A stretch of DNA of 64,000 nt from the NCBI GenBank assembly GCA_900088475.1, contig FLMG01000988.1, positions 186,001 to 250,000 on the forward strand, given 5' to 3'. This DNA comes from Hyphochytrium catenoides. Its lineage: Eukaryota; Protista; Hyphochytriomycota. The number at the start of each line of letters is the position of its first letter. Positions within the stretch are counted from its first letter, which is position 1. Positions 63,387 to 64,000 of this stretch are shown piece after piece. Below the pieces are notes generated by a model. The model was not told the origin of the DNA. It did not search any database and worked only from the letters and a program-made list of their open reading frames with translations. The translations under genes were made by a program, and so were the position numbers.

Positions 63387-64000
63387 CTATGGTACCACTG
63401 AAGAAAGAGTCATTTCGCCCTTGTCCTCATCCCCGCTTCCATCTTTCTCGTCATCAACCAGTAGAGTCTTGCACGATGACCAGGGGACAGCCTCCAGATG
63501 GGCAATCAGACTCTTAAGTCTCTCCAAGGTGGAGCTTGACTCTAGCCACTGGCGTTGATCTCCAAGTGATAGGTACGCTCGGCGCGAAGCTTCTCCCGCC
63601 AGCCTTCATACATAGTAAGCGAAGAGAGAAGTTCACGTTAGCCAGGGGTTCTGACATTGCTCTCAGTGTGGAAACGAGATAATTTCCAGAAGGACGTACC
63701 ACAAGGAGAAGTGTTCGGGATCTCTGACCGCCGCATCTGCGAAAGGGGAAGGAGGGGCCAAGCAACACATATTATAATCATTTGTTAGCCGCGATTGATC
63801 TTCTTTGCTTTTTGCATAGTCCCCACGAACGCCGTTTCCACCTACCGCGTAGATTCTGCACCTCGGATGATCTATTGTCCTTCGTCGTTGATGTCGGAGT
63901 GGTTGTCTTTGCCAGGAACAGCTCAAGCGCACGTGCGGCCGCCAAGCGTATACTTGCTATTGTTGTGCCACTTCCTCCGATATCAAGTAGTGGTAAAGCC
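63387..64000 (-). CDS. 3' part of a probable LON N-terminal (substrate-binding) domain protein, truncated by window edge
   Basis: Three exons joined over two GT-AG introns with CTAAC branch points give ...VRDPEHFSLWLAGEASRRAYLSLGDQRQWLESSSTLERLKSLIAHLE..., resembling the helical end of LON_substr_bdg domains. Not in the ORF track. Confidence 0.55.

Overview
Gene-dense eukaryotic nuclear DNA with short spliceosomal GT-AG introns (often with CTAAC branch points), many (GA)n/(CT)n tracts and several N gaps. The coatomer-alpha sequence reads as stramenopile-like (inference from memory), and CEP120 plus a JHY-like gene imply a centriole or flagellated stage. Genes reconstructed by hand in order: RPB6, JHY-like, LPA1/2-phosphoglycerate-kinase-like, tRNA-Leu(TAA), a bacterial-type dihydrouridine synthase with 6 introns, LipB, nicastrin, a coiled-coil protein with an auxilin-type J domain, CEP120, DPM1, plant-type C2-phospholipase D, MRT4, glycine cleavage H protein, COPA, JMJD8-like, a small secreted 6-Cys protein, a PH+START-like protein, tRNA-Pro(CGG), a SHAQKYF-class MYB, and the 3' end of a LON-N-domain protein. 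No intact transposon, cas gene or viral gene was recognised, and I cannot demonstrate a novel multi-gene system. The best leads are the intron-bearing Dus that follows a bacterial (CPR/Firmicutes-like) pattern and may be a horizontal transfer, a small palindromic repeat-spacer array and a nearby inverted repeat beside tRNA-Leu, and several uncharacterised or unexpectedly plant-like proteins. Multi-exon coordinates are gene spans; family assignments come from recalled motifs, not database searches.
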